Below, one piece after another: positions 38,533 through 48,578 of a DNA stretch of 64,000 bases (the stretch's first letter is position 1; every line of letters starts with the position of its first letter). Source of the DNA: a bacterium (GTDB lineage: Bacteria > Patescibacteriota > Microgenomatia > Levybacterales > UBA12049). Where the stretch lies: assembly GCA_021777565.1 (NCBI GenBank), contig JAJYDJ010000005.1, positions 30,400 through 94,399 on the forward strand, in the 5' to 3' direction. A program made the position numbers and the translations under genes. The notes beneath the pieces are model-generated. The model was given only the letters and a program-made list of their open reading frames with translations. It was not told where the DNA came from and ran no database searches.

Positions 38533-38538
38533 GTGTGT

Positions 38539-38567
38539 ATCATAACAAGCACATATGCGCCTGTCAA
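38539..38567 (-). promoter_or_regulatory. Promoter for the T-box/glyQS transcript
   Basis: TTGACA-17nt-TATGAT with extended -10 TG. Confidence 0.8.
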
Positions 38568-38806
38568 TGCAAGAATAATCGTGACAATGCGACAATCCCG
38601 ATGGCAGCCCACACGATATTCAGTACCGCAGGCTGATAGTCTTTTTTGGAGAATGCTTCGACAAGAATACCTATACTTCCCGTGATATTTAGCAGTTGAT
38701 ACCAGACTGAATGTACTGACAGCACACCAAAGTTACTGAGTGCATACGCGCCAAGAATGACAAGAATGCCATACCATCCAAGAAATTCGGTAACTGTGTG
38801 TTTCAT
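38564..38806 (-). CDS. Small 3-TM membrane protein (CBU_0592-like)
   Basis: GWYG...AY...YQLLNITGS...LNIVWAAI pattern. Confidence 0.75.
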   Translation of the reverse strand: MKHTVTEFLGWYGILVILGAYALSNFGVLSVHSVWYQLLNITGSIGILVEAFSKKDYQPAVLNIVWAAIGIVALSRLFLH

Positions 38807-38807
38807 G

Positions 38808-39359
38808 TTATCCCAAAAGTTGAGGCAGCAGGTGTCGAGTTTTGAGCTTACGTTCCAAAATTTCCTCAATAAAAAGTGATGCACGACTGCCACTCAAATC
38901 CTGTGACCCGACGTATCCAAGAGAGGTCAGGAGTGAGAGCTCAAACTGATGCACGCTTTGTGCTACTGACTCAGAGCATGATGAAAGTGAGGTAAGAATT
39001 CTTTTAGTCAAATGAAACACGTCCTCAGACGCTTGACGTTCAGGCAGGAGGCCTTCAACTAATTCGCAGATGTGGTAAGCGATACCGACTCGAGGCAACT
39101 CTTGTTTCATCCCTGCATATACTTCTAAGAGTTGCACTTCAGTCACAATCGGCATAGTGCCTGAACTGTGCTCGTAGAGTGCTACTTTGCAGAGATTAAA
39201 CAAATCAAGACTTGCACCACGGCGGGAAGTAATCTTTCGAATGCCTTTTGCTTTTACTACCATCTTACCTTCTTCCTGGGTAAAAAGTGTCAGCAGCATA
39301 TCCGCCTCACCAACAGGTTTTCTTTTGAGAATAAGGGCAGTAACCGATCGATGACGCAT
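38808..39359 (-). CDS. recO: DNA repair protein RecO (short, no zinc finger)
   Basis: GEADMLLTLFT, GK...AKGIRK..SR, FEL.LL..LGY. Confidence 0.88.
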   Translation of the reverse strand: MRHRSVTALILKRKPVGEADMLLTLFTQEEGKMVVKAKGIRKITSRRGASLDLFNLCKVALYEHSSGTMPIVTEVQLLEVYAGMKQELPRVGIAYHICELVEGLLPERQASEDVFHLTKRILTSLSSCSESVAQSVHQFELSLLTSLGYVGSQDLSGSRASLFIEEILERKLKTRHLLPQLLG

Positions 39360-39367
39360 AGAATCTC

Positions 39368-41314
39368 TTATGGATTGAGTGTCGTTGTGTAGTCTTGTAT
39401 GAAGTCAAATGATTGGACTTTGTTCCCATTCACATTAATCGTATATGGGGTAGTATAAGTCCCAGCCTGCTTCTGATACATGACTGGAAGTGGAGAACCA
39501 GGCTTGAGCTTAAATGGCAGAGTGTATGACACGCTGAGTTTGGCAGTGCCCAGTGGTCTGATCACCAGGAAGTTTTCGATGACGGTCTTGCCAAGCTCAT
39601 CATAGGTCTGTGTCTTTACTTCAGATCCAGTGACTTTGCCAGCCTGTGAGCCCTGTGGGACATACATGCGTACTACGTTACGAAGGGGAGCATTGAGACA
39701 GAGCTGCCCATGTTCGAGATTACAATCAGATGGTGGGTTTGGATTCTTGTAATTAATAGTTACTGTCTTGGTAATTGTCCCATCATTGGCTACTTGATAG
39801 TCTTGTGTTACTGCCTCAGTGACGTACATGTTTGATTTGGCACCACCGAAGTTGGCTTCATTGATCGCCAGGTAGTCACCATCAAATGGTTTGATCTGTC
39901 CTGCCACATTGAGTGCTTCTACTCCCTGCTGTGCACCCTGGTCAAAGAGATAGAACTGGATATGCTTTTGTTGTGCATCCTGGATAAATCCTTGCACCAG
40001 TGGACCCAAGACTTGTCGACTTGGTGCATCAAAAACGCGCTGGAGGATAGTTGAGAGCATGTCACTCAAGACGCCTTTTCTATTATCCTTAATGTATCCC
40101 ACAGGCTGATCAGCATACAGTTCAAGCTGGTAAATAACATTTTCACAATCACAACGCTTGTCAATTTGTGTCGTATAGGTATTGCCATTTACCGTCAATG
40201 AGCCTCCCAAGGCATTAATAGCGGTAATTAGTGGTTGTGTATCCATAGCGATAATACCTTGCACTGCTACTTTCTTAGGAGACGTCTGATACATGCTGTA
40301 GAACAACTTCATGGAAGTCACAAAATCAGGAGATAAGTTACTGTCCCTGAGATTAAACTGTGGAACTGCTGGCAAGTATGTGGCCAAAAGACGTGGTGCA
40401 CTCTGTTTGTTTGGGATAGTGGCATCAAGTGAGTAAATATCGTCTGACGCTTCCTTCACTGGCTTACCTTTTTCCACACGCATCACAGCATATTCTGTGA
40501 TAAATCCACCGGTTGGGCGGAGTTCTTTGTCATTTTGGAACAAAACGAGATATCGTGCATCGTGGTCAGCACCCAAGAGAGTTGGCAACTGTTTTACCAA
40601 TGGCTTTGCCTCAGTCACGAAGGAGATGGCATCTTCTGCATAAGTCTTCGCATTTTCTACACCAGAACGGACTTTCCCACCAGCGATGAAGCTTGGATAA
40701 TGATTTGGATCGATAGCGTCAACTTCTGATTTCGCTTGTTGCATCAAGGCAGCGATATCATCAATCCTTGGCGTAACCTTGTCCAAAGCAAGAACTAACG
40801 TTTGTAGACGAGAACCAGCTGCACCGTTATATGTCCCTTGCCCTTTGAGACCCAAAACATCAGCATATGGAGTAAGAGAATCTACCATAATGCGAGCTGC
40901 TTGCAACCCATAATCGCCAGCTTTCATACCATGCACCGCATCTGAATAATACATATTGGCAACTGGGACAAACGCGAGATATCCAAGACCGTTGATCATA
41001 TCCTGTGTTTTTTTGAATTCTGTTGTTGTTTGAGTCAAATCATTGGATACTTTTACCAGATCTTCTGCTTTCATATCTGCCACAAGAGCGCTTCCTTGTG
41101 CTTTAAGAATTCTTACCTGTGCATAAAGCCTAACTGCTGGGAGCACAATACCCAAGACAATAAATAGGCCTAAAACAATAACAACCCCAGCAATAATACC
41201 TGCGGTCTTCTTACTGATCTTTATATTCATTCTCATGGGAGAGCGAGAAATACGGCTAGCCCGCAGGGGAACAGTCGAAGTATCTTGTGACAAATCAATT
41301 TTATCAAATGCCAT
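39368..41314 (-). CDS. DUF4012-domain membrane-anchored protein
   Basis: TM; YLVLFQNDKELRPTGGF, RDSNLSPDF, KSN, QKQAG. Confidence 0.85.
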   Translation of the reverse strand: MAFDKIDLSQDTSTVPLRASRISRSPMRMNIKISKKTAGIIAGVVIVLGLFIVLGIVLPAVRLYAQVRILKAQGSALVADMKAEDLVKVSNDLTQTTTEFKKTQDMINGLGYLAFVPVANMYYSDAVHGMKAGDYGLQAARIMVDSLTPYADVLGLKGQGTYNGAAGSRLQTLVLALDKVTPRIDDIAALMQQAKSEVDAIDPNHYPSFIAGGKVRSGVENAKTYAEDAISFVTEAKPLVKQLPTLLGADHDARYLVLFQNDKELRPTGGFITEYAVMRVEKGKPVKEASDDIYSLDATIPNKQSAPRLLATYLPAVPQFNLRDSNLSPDFVTSMKLFYSMYQTSPKKVAVQGIIAMDTQPLITAINALGGSLTVNGNTYTTQIDKRCDCENVIYQLELYADQPVGYIKDNRKGVLSDMLSTILQRVFDAPSRQVLGPLVQGFIQDAQQKHIQFYLFDQGAQQGVEALNVAGQIKPFDGDYLAINEANFGGAKSNMYVTEAVTQDYQVANDGTITKTVTINYKNPNPPSDCNLEHGQLCLNAPLRNVVRMYVPQGSQAGKVTGSEVKTQTYDELGKTVIENFLVIRPLGTAKLSVSYTLPFKLKPGSPLPVMYQKQAGTYTTPYTINVNGNKVQSFDFIQDYTTTLNP

Positions 41315-41365
41315 AGTAATATCGTACGGACTTACGAGATTTCTGTCAACAGATAGCACACTAGT

Positions 41366-42043
41366 CTAGTATGCTCCTTTGGCAGATATCATCGCCCAGG
41401 GTGTACGTAACATAATATATATGTCGTACCAGATCGATCTCTTCCTCGCATACTCTGCGTCAAATTTAATGCGTTGATCAAAGGCAAGCTCACTTCTACC
41501 GCCGACCTGCCATGGGCCAGTAATACCAGGTTTAACCGTCTGCATCTCATTTACATATTTATCGGTGCCAGGAAACTTTTTTTGTTGCTCTGTTAATTCC
41601 TCTGCAAGATATGGGCGTGGTCCCACCACACTCATTTCGCCTCTGAGAACATTAATGAATTGAGGCATCTCATCAATGGAATACTTACGAATAAACTTCC
41701 CAATTGGAGTAATACGCGGATCATTTTTAGGCTTGTAATGCCCATTTGAATGTTTTTCTATATAGGCTTTTTGATAGTCTGGGTTTGTTTTCTCAAGGAC
41801 ATCTGCGTTGACAACCATAGAACGAAATTTATATAAACGAAAGATTTTACCATCCTTACCCATACGCTTCATGTGCGCATTAGATTTTTCGACGAAGACT
41901 GGCCCTTGAGAAGTAAATTTGATAATACACGCAACTACGATCATGATTGGAGAAAAAATAAGCAGAGCAAAGATGGACGCTATAACGTCTAAGATACGTT
42001 TCTGTATCTCATATAAACCATCCGTGTGCGTCGCGTGTTCCAT
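41366..42043 (-). CDS. Priming polyprenyl glycosylphosphotransferase (WbaP/CpsE-like)
   Basis: KRILD, KFRSM, DPRIT, DEMPQFINVLRGEMSVVGPRP, KPGITG. Confidence 0.93.
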   Translation of the reverse strand: MEHATHTDGLYEIQKRILDVIASIFALLIFSPIMIVVACIIKFTSQGPVFVEKSNAHMKRMGKDGKIFRLYKFRSMVVNADVLEKTNPDYQKAYIEKHSNGHYKPKNDPRITPIGKFIRKYSIDEMPQFINVLRGEMSVVGPRPYLAEELTEQQKKFPGTDKYVNEMQTVKPGITGPWQVGGRSELAFDQRIKFDAEYARKRSIWYDIYIMLRTPWAMISAKGAY

Positions 42044-42051
42044 ATCTTCTT

Positions 42052-43134
42052 CTATATTAGATGTTCATGCTCACTTCCTTCAAGTGCCTCGACAAACTTC
42101 TTTACCTTCGGAATTGATCGAGAGTGACAAATAAGCACAACATCGTCTGTATTTACAACCACAAGATCATCCAGATCAATGCCAACGACCAATTTCCACT
42201 CATAGTTAAAGACAAGTGAGTTTTTGCTATCAACCAGTGAGACATTCCCATGAGTAACATTCTCTTCATCATGCTCCTGCAGCGCTTCCTTTAATGATTC
42301 CCACGCGCCCACATCACTCCACTCTAGATCTTCTGCCAATACTCCAACTCCATCTTTTGACATTTTTTGAATAATCAAGTCATCAAAACTTATCTTTTCA
42401 AAGCTTGGATAGACTGTTTGTATCTGTTCACGGAATTTCTCTTGATCATTTATTTGAATCAGTTCTTCCAGTGCGCTTGCCATTTCAGGAGCAAATGATT
42501 TATACAAAGAAACAAGATGTCGGGGCGTCGTCACGAAATAGCCCAGATTCCACATATACTTCCCACTTTTCATAAATTCACTAGCTTCTTCTTGCGTTGG
42601 GCGATACTTAAATGACTGGAATTCGTACGATGCGATTCCTTCAACCTCAGGAAGCTGTTCGCCCACATGAATCCATCCCATGTTTTGATTGGCGAAACGA
42701 GGTTTTTGTGCAAGCAGAACAAACTGAGATTGATTGTTCTCAATTAAATGTTCAGCACCAAGAAGCATCTTTCGAAATTCTGCAGGCTTTTTGACCATAT
42801 GATCACTCCACAAGATAGCCATCGCTTCATCGGGATTTCTCTGGTAGAGCGTAAAGGCAGCCAATCCAATAGCAGGGCCGACATCACGCATCGCTGGCTC
42901 AAAAATAAAATGATCATCAGGAATCTCCGGGAGTTGTTCTTTCAAGACTTCTTCGTAGCGATCGCCTGTAGCGATGAAAACATCTTTTTCTGAGAAATCA
43001 GGACGAAGACGATCAATGGTTTGTTGCAGTGTTGATTTACCTTCTATAATCTTTCCAAATTGCTTTGGTGTTTTTTTACGAGATAGTGGCCATAATCTGG
43101 TCCCCACCCCTCCAGCAAAGATGACAATGTTCAT
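42052..43134 (-). CDS. manC: Mannose-1-phosphate guanylyltransferase
   Basis: AGGVGTRLWPLSR, PKQF, SDH, WSDVGAW. Confidence 0.85.
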   Translation of the reverse strand: MNIVIFAGGVGTRLWPLSRKKTPKQFGKIIEGKSTLQQTIDRLRPDFSEKDVFIATGDRYEEVLKEQLPEIPDDHFIFEPAMRDVGPAIGLAAFTLYQRNPDEAMAILWSDHMVKKPAEFRKMLLGAEHLIENNQSQFVLLAQKPRFANQNMGWIHVGEQLPEVEGIASYEFQSFKYRPTQEEASEFMKSGKYMWNLGYFVTTPRHLVSLYKSFAPEMASALEELIQINDQEKFREQIQTVYPSFEKISFDDLIIQKMSKDGVGVLAEDLEWSDVGAWESLKEALQEHDEENVTHGNVSLVDSKNSLVFNYEWKLVVGIDLDDLVVVNTDDVVLICHSRSIPKVKKFVEALEGSEHEHLI

Positions 43135-44246
43135 AATGATGCGATGATTTTTTTGAGTTGTTTTTCAAATATTCCTGATGAAAAACGGGCTGCGAGTCGT
43201 ATGCAGGCAACCTCATTATATCGGGATTTATCAAAATTTACCAGTGACATAGACAACGCTTCTACACTCTGAGTATCGAAAAATTCTCCGTTTATCCCTT
43301 CCTCTACAATCTCCAATGCTCCTCCACCACGATATGCAATAACGGGGGTACCATGCAACCCTGCTTCTACCATGACCATGCCAAAATCTTCTTTCCCAGG
43401 GAAAACAAATGCACGTGCCTTTGCATAGAGATCATGAAGCTGATCATCACTGACAAATCCCAAAAATTCTACATTTGGTCCAGCAATTCTTTTAAAATAG
43501 GAAACATTCCCTTTCCCAGCAACTTTTAATTTGACACCAGTCTTAGTGGCAGCATGGATTGCCAGATCAACCCTTTTATAAAAAGTGAACCCTGAAAGTC
43601 GAGATATGAGTGAACTTGAAAGTCGTGAAACTACTAAAAAGTACTCTTCTTTTTTACTACTTTTTTCCATCGTATGCTTGGTAAGACAAGGAGCATCAGT
43701 TGGCGGGTATAAAAGTTTGGCTTCCCTTTTGTAGTACATCTTGATACGGCTTTGTACTTCCTGAGAATTGGCAACCAGTACATCCGGCCGATACGCAGCA
43801 ACTGTGTCCCACCAGCGCATATACCAAACCAATGGCAGTGTTATCCATCTAAAAAACTTGTTTGAAAAATATTCTTCATATCCACTCCAGAGATAACGGG
43901 TTGGAGTCAGACACAGACAGATATGTTTGGTTCCAGGCTTGGTGATGATCCCCTTTGCCGCTTCACTCGAGACTGAGATTACTAAGTCATACTCGTCGAA
44001 CCGAAAGCTTTCAAATGCAAGTGGCATCAGAAATGGAATGATCTCGTTGTGTTTGAAAAAAGGGATGTGCTGCAAAAATGATGTGCGAACATCAAAAACC
44101 TCTGCCCAAGGTGCATTTTTTTTGTCATACACCGATGTATATAAAGGTGCATCGGGAAACATCTTATGGAGCATAAGAAGGGTTCGTTCCGCTCCTCCCC
44201 ATTTATTTACCCGGTCGTATACAATTGCTACTTTCATAGGCATCAT
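43131..44246 (-). CDS. GT4 glycosyltransferase (WbaZ-like)
   Basis: GGAER, TPTRYLW, EDFGMVMVEA. Confidence 0.9.
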   Translation of the reverse strand: MMPMKVAIVYDRVNKWGGAERTLLMLHKMFPDAPLYTSVYDKKNAPWAEVFDVRTSFLQHIPFFKHNEIIPFLMPLAFESFRFDEYDLVISVSSEAAKGIITKPGTKHICLCLTPTRYLWSGYEEYFSNKFFRWITLPLVWYMRWWDTVAAYRPDVLVANSQEVQSRIKMYYKREAKLLYPPTDAPCLTKHTMEKSSKKEEYFLVVSRLSSSLISRLSGFTFYKRVDLAIHAATKTGVKLKVAGKGNVSYFKRIAGPNVEFLGFVSDDQLHDLYAKARAFVFPGKEDFGMVMVEAGLHGTPVIAYRGGGALEIVEEGINGEFFDTQSVEALSMSLVNFDKSRYNEVACIRLAARFSSGIFEKQLKKIIASL

Positions 44247-45385
44247 GCTATCAACGCATTATACACGGCCAATGTCTCATCACCCATTTTTGTCCATGAA
44301 AATTTTCTCAATATCTTTTGTCCTTGCTCTAGTTGCTCAGCTCTTCTTTTCTCAGTCATACCAATTACATCCTCCAAAGACCTGGCAATATCATCAACTG
44401 AGTAGGGGTCACAGTATAAGAGATTGTCTCCCCCAATTTCTTGAAGTACCGGGATGTTAGACGTAATGATGAGTGAATCATTGGCGAGAGATTCCAGCAC
44501 TAATAACCCAAATCCTTCTACCAGAGATGGATATACAGTTGATAATGATTTTTGGTACAGTTCTGCTAAATCATTGTCCGGGACAAACCCAGCAAAAATA
44601 ATTCCTGTTATCAGGTGCTCTTTTGCAAACTCTTCCAGTCTACTTCCAAAGAAATCTTTTTTCCCCACCATAACAAGCTGAATATCTTTATGCAGTGCAT
44701 GAACTTTTTGAAATGCAAGTACTAACCGTTCAAGATTTTTATGAGGATAAAAATTACCAACTGTCAAAAAATATTTTTTAGGTTGAATGTTGAGCGACGC
44801 AAAAATATCACTTTTTTTCACTGCGTTTTTTCTTACATGAAGCGCAGCATCAACGCCTTCATAGGTAACCACTACTTTTTTGGGTGAAACGTGAAGGAAT
44901 TTTATAATATCCTGTTTGGCAGACTCAGAAACCGTAATAATTTTTACTGCACGCATAGCCCCAACACGTTGCTGAAATTTATATGCAAGCTGCTTGAGCC
45001 AGTACAGTGGCGCAGGTAACGTAGACGCTTTACCCGTGGCAAAAAGCCAAGGGGTCATGTCATGAATCGTAGTAATAAATGGGCGAGTATATAAAAGAGG
45101 AAATGAGAAATAAGGGAAATGCATGAGGTCAAGATTATATTCCAACAGTTTCCATGGAAGTACTAACTGCTCGGCAAACGAATGCCAATGGATATCTACA
45201 CTAACAACGGTAAAGTTACGATTTTCAATCGTTTGCATGATTGCTTCATAATTTTGTGGCAGGGCAAACAAGAAATAATGATTTTCACTATCTTTCGTTT
45301 GCAAGATGCGTACAAGATTACGAGTATAGCGCCCGACACCTGTTTCATTCCACATGCGGCAATCAATTCCGATACGTTTCCCCAT
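44243..45385 (-). CDS. GT4 glycosyltransferase
   Basis: TGVGRY, TIHD, HKN, EGFGLLVLES. Confidence 0.9.
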   Translation of the reverse strand: MGKRIGIDCRMWNETGVGRYTRNLVRILQTKDSENHYFLFALPQNYEAIMQTIENRNFTVVSVDIHWHSFAEQLVLPWKLLEYNLDLMHFPYFSFPLLYTRPFITTIHDMTPWLFATGKASTLPAPLYWLKQLAYKFQQRVGAMRAVKIITVSESAKQDIIKFLHVSPKKVVVTYEGVDAALHVRKNAVKKSDIFASLNIQPKKYFLTVGNFYPHKNLERLVLAFQKVHALHKDIQLVMVGKKDFFGSRLEEFAKEHLITGIIFAGFVPDNDLAELYQKSLSTVYPSLVEGFGLLVLESLANDSLIITSNIPVLQEIGGDNLLYCDPYSVDDIARSLEDVIGMTEKRRAEQLEQGQKILRKFSWTKMGDETLAVYNALIA

Positions 45386-45386
45386 G

Positions 45387-46568
45387 TTATGAAAATGCCT
45401 CCTTTTCAAGGTGTTTAATAATTTCATCCCACGAGAAATTTTTCTCTACATACTCCCGGGCATTTTTTGCAATAAAGGTATAGAGTTTTTCATCAGTCAG
45501 AAGTCTATAGACACCATCAATAAATTCATCTTCACTCTGTGCAAGAAGTACATTTTCACCATTCGATAATTCCGTACCGCGAATACCAAGCGGGGAGGTG
45601 ACCACTGGCAACCCTGACGCCATCGCTTCAAAAAGTTTGAGGCTTGTCCCAACGGCGATACTTACCGGGAAAAGGAGCACATGAGATGATGCAAAAACAA
45701 CAGAAGCCTCATCAGCATTCTCATCAAAGATAACTCCCTCACTCCCCAGAGCTTTGATACTTTCTGGGATTGATCTACCTACCACCCACATGGATATATC
45801 TACGCCTTCAGCCTTACACTTCGCATACAGTGCTGGCCAGATCTTCTGCAAAATGTATCTGCAGGACGTAACATTTTGTATCCATTGGAAAGTACCAATA
45901 AATAATATTTTCTTTTCTCTAACTGTAAACTTTTTCTTAGGGTCAACAAAAGTAAATACTTTCGTATCTACTCCATTTGGTGCAATAATGACGTCTTTTC
46001 TCCCCATTTCACCTGCCTCCACCGGGGACAAGCTTACCAACTTTGTTACACTCTTCCAGCATGCCTCTTCAGCTCGTTGCATTTTCCACACATCCCAGAG
46101 AAAGAGTGGTCGTAAAAATGATGGTACTTTTTGCACCGTAAATTTCTCGTATGCTTGATATTCAATATTATGTTCCATAAGAACAATAGGAAGTGTAGTC
46201 GTGGGAAGATTTTGCATAACATAAAATGTCTCTACATCGATTATGTCAAAATCTTCATGGGAAAGTAGATCTGCAATCTTTGATTTCATCTCTGGGAGGG
46301 TATGTCCAACGACAAGAAAAGAATCTAGTGAGAAAAAGGCTTTACAGATATTTTGGATTGTCCATTGTTTCTTTCTTTGAAAAGTATAGACGGCTTTACA
46401 ATATTTTTTGAGTTCTGCAATGTCTGCATCTGTTTGATTTGTCCGCATTTCAGCGACCAAGGTGATTTCATGGTGTTTGGATAGACGGATAATCGTGTTG
46501 TAAAGCCTGATATGTCCCCCACTGGTGATAGGATAGGGCAGAAAGGATGAAACCATTAAGATTTTCAT
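45387..46568 (-). CDS. GT4 glycosyltransferase
   Basis: PYPITSGG, HNIE, PNGVD, KLFEAMASGLPVV. Confidence 0.9.
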   Translation of the reverse strand: MKILMVSSFLPYPITSGGHIRLYNTIIRLSKHHEITLVAEMRTNQTDADIAELKKYCKAVYTFQRKKQWTIQNICKAFFSLDSFLVVGHTLPEMKSKIADLLSHEDFDIIDVETFYVMQNLPTTTLPIVLMEHNIEYQAYEKFTVQKVPSFLRPLFLWDVWKMQRAEEACWKSVTKLVSLSPVEAGEMGRKDVIIAPNGVDTKVFTFVDPKKKFTVREKKILFIGTFQWIQNVTSCRYILQKIWPALYAKCKAEGVDISMWVVGRSIPESIKALGSEGVIFDENADEASVVFASSHVLLFPVSIAVGTSLKLFEAMASGLPVVTSPLGIRGTELSNGENVLLAQSEDEFIDGVYRLLTDEKLYTFIAKNAREYVEKNFSWDEIIKHLEKEAFS

Positions 46569-46615
46569 AGAGATTTCTCTTTTATTGTACCAAATCTTTC
46601 AAGGATACAGTGCCT

Positions 46616-47128
46616 TTACTTTTGGACCTTATAATGGAGCTGAATGGAGTTGGGCCCAATTTGCTTGACTCCCAGAAGTGACAATTGTGCTTCAAAGGAC
46701 GACGGAACTAGAAGAGGTTTCCCTTCAGCAAAGAGCAGCGGTTCCATGTCGATATAGATCTCATCTACCAAACCATCTTTGAGAAATGAGGTCAAAGACA
46801 TCGCACCACCACTAATGAGTACTGTTTCAAAATCCTTATGTCTGAGAAGATCAAGCGCTTCCCGTGTCGAGTGGACACACTGTGCCTTATCTTCTGAGAC
46901 ATGTTCTCCATGTTGTGAGAGGACAACCACAAAAGGATTCCCTATCTGGTCAAAATTATTGTCTTGCTTCATGATCTCGTATGTCTTACGACCTACCACG
47001 ATATTGCCCGCTTCTTTCACCATCTCTGCATATGCTGACCACTCATCATCACTCCATGGGGTTGAGTCATCTTTGCGTGCAATAAATCCATTAGCAGTAG
47101 TCGCGATAAAAAGGATTACTTTTTTCAT
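46616..47128 (-). CDS. Dihydrofolate reductase/RibD C-terminal family protein
   Basis: ATTANGFIA, GRKTYE, SGG, LVDEI. Confidence 0.85.
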   Translation of the reverse strand: MKKVILFIATTANGFIARKDDSTPWSDDEWSAYAEMVKEAGNIVVGRKTYEIMKQDNNFDQIGNPFVVVLSQHGEHVSEDKAQCVHSTREALDLLRHKDFETVLISGGAMSLTSFLKDGLVDEIYIDMEPLLFAEGKPLLVPSSFEAQLSLLGVKQIGPNSIQLHYKVQK

Positions 47129-47135
47129 AGTCCTA

Positions 47136-48575
47136 TTATAACTTTTTATGCAGATCAAACAAGAGGTATGCACTGGATGATGCAACAATTTTATATTGCT
47201 TCCCAATATTTACGTCCCCTGGTGCAGGATTGGCAAGAACAAGATAATCAGCACCCATAGTGATAAGCTCTGGTAATGATTTTTCAAAACTTGCCCATCC
47301 TTGACGATTGGTCTGGTACAGGAATGATGAGTCCCCATCCAGTGGCGCGACAACCAATGCATCTTTTGGAGTCATGCTGTCCACGACTTTACCTGCTTCA
47401 ATCATTGCCTGATTATTCACATTGAAGTAATCTCTGACGTAGTACCAACTAAATGAAAGAGTAAACAACACACTGACCGTTAAGACAACCGCAACGGCCC
47501 ATTTATTCACAATCTCTTTTGACAAGGAAAAGAAGAAACTAAATCCACGGCCCAAAAGCACCGTAATACTTGGCACTGTAATATATTGATAGTAATCATG
47601 CTGCACGTTACCCCTGGCGATTACACAATAATACAGAAGAGAACATAGGAAGAACGTCACAAAAAATCCCATGTCTTTTCTCCCTTTCCAGATGAGTCCT
47701 GGGATGAGAAGTGCTAGCCCCCAATATCCTAAGATCAGTCGTCCTAAACGTTCTGCAAAAATCCAATAGAAAAATGCGCCAGTAAAACGTATATTGCCCG
47801 CATTAAAGAGCCAGGCACTGGCTGGAATACCTTCTGGGAAATGGCCTATCCACCATCGCCACCAGCCAAATGGTGCAAGCACCAAAATGAGAAAAAGATA
47901 CAATTGCCACTTTTTTAGGAGGGAGAAGCCAAATGCACTCCATGCCAAGAAGAGAAACACTGGGGCAAAGAATATCACATGAGGCCGTACCATGATTCCA
48001 CTTGCTGTCATCAGAATAGATAACACAAGAGACAGATATCCCCATGAAGCTTTTGTCTTTTCAAGCCATCTGTCAAACCAATACAATCCAAAAAGGAAAA
48101 GCCCAATACCCAAAGAGTCAGGAAGCGTCGTTCTACCATAATAGATGGCAAAGGGTAAAAATGCGTAGAAAAAAGCGGCTACTGTTGCTGCTAATTCGTC
48201 TGCATGTTTTTTTGTTAAAAAATAAATACTCCAAATTCCAAGAAGTGAACCCAAAATTGATACCAATCTCCCCCATTCTTCAATAGTAAAGTGATGGAAA
48301 AGCGTATACCCAGTAGCTGCAAGTACATTATACAAAGGGAATTCTGCCATAAAATATCCTTGAGGATTTTCAAGCCCTGATTGGACGTTGGAGATGTTAT
48401 TCATACGTGGATGCAGGACATCAACTCCATACTTTATAAAATTACGAGTTACTGCCGCCGTGTCTGCCTGTCGCCATGAATGCCAATCGGCAATTGGGCC
48501 AGAGAAGTGATACAGACGAACAACAAATCCACCGAGTAGAATGACATAGAGAAGAAGCGATGAGAACTTTTTCAT
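47136..48575 (-). CDS. GT-C (ArnT/PMT-like) membrane glycosyltransferase
   Basis: DWHSWRQADT, EFPLY, HDYYQ; multi-TM. Confidence 0.8.
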   Translation of the reverse strand: MKKFSSLLLYVILLGGFVVRLYHFSGPIADWHSWRQADTAAVTRNFIKYGVDVLHPRMNNISNVQSGLENPQGYFMAEFPLYNVLAATGYTLFHHFTIEEWGRLVSILGSLLGIWSIYFLTKKHADELAATVAAFFYAFLPFAIYYGRTTLPDSLGIGLFLFGLYWFDRWLEKTKASWGYLSLVLSILMTASGIMVRPHVIFFAPVFLFLAWSAFGFSLLKKWQLYLFLILVLAPFGWWRWWIGHFPEGIPASAWLFNAGNIRFTGAFFYWIFAERLGRLILGYWGLALLIPGLIWKGRKDMGFFVTFFLCSLLYYCVIARGNVQHDYYQYITVPSITVLLGRGFSFFFSLSKEIVNKWAVAVVLTVSVLFTLSFSWYYVRDYFNVNNQAMIEAGKVVDSMTPKDALVVAPLDGDSSFLYQTNRQGWASFEKSLPELITMGADYLVLANPAPGDVNIGKQYKIVASSSAYLLFDLHKKL

Positions 48576-48578
48576 AGA

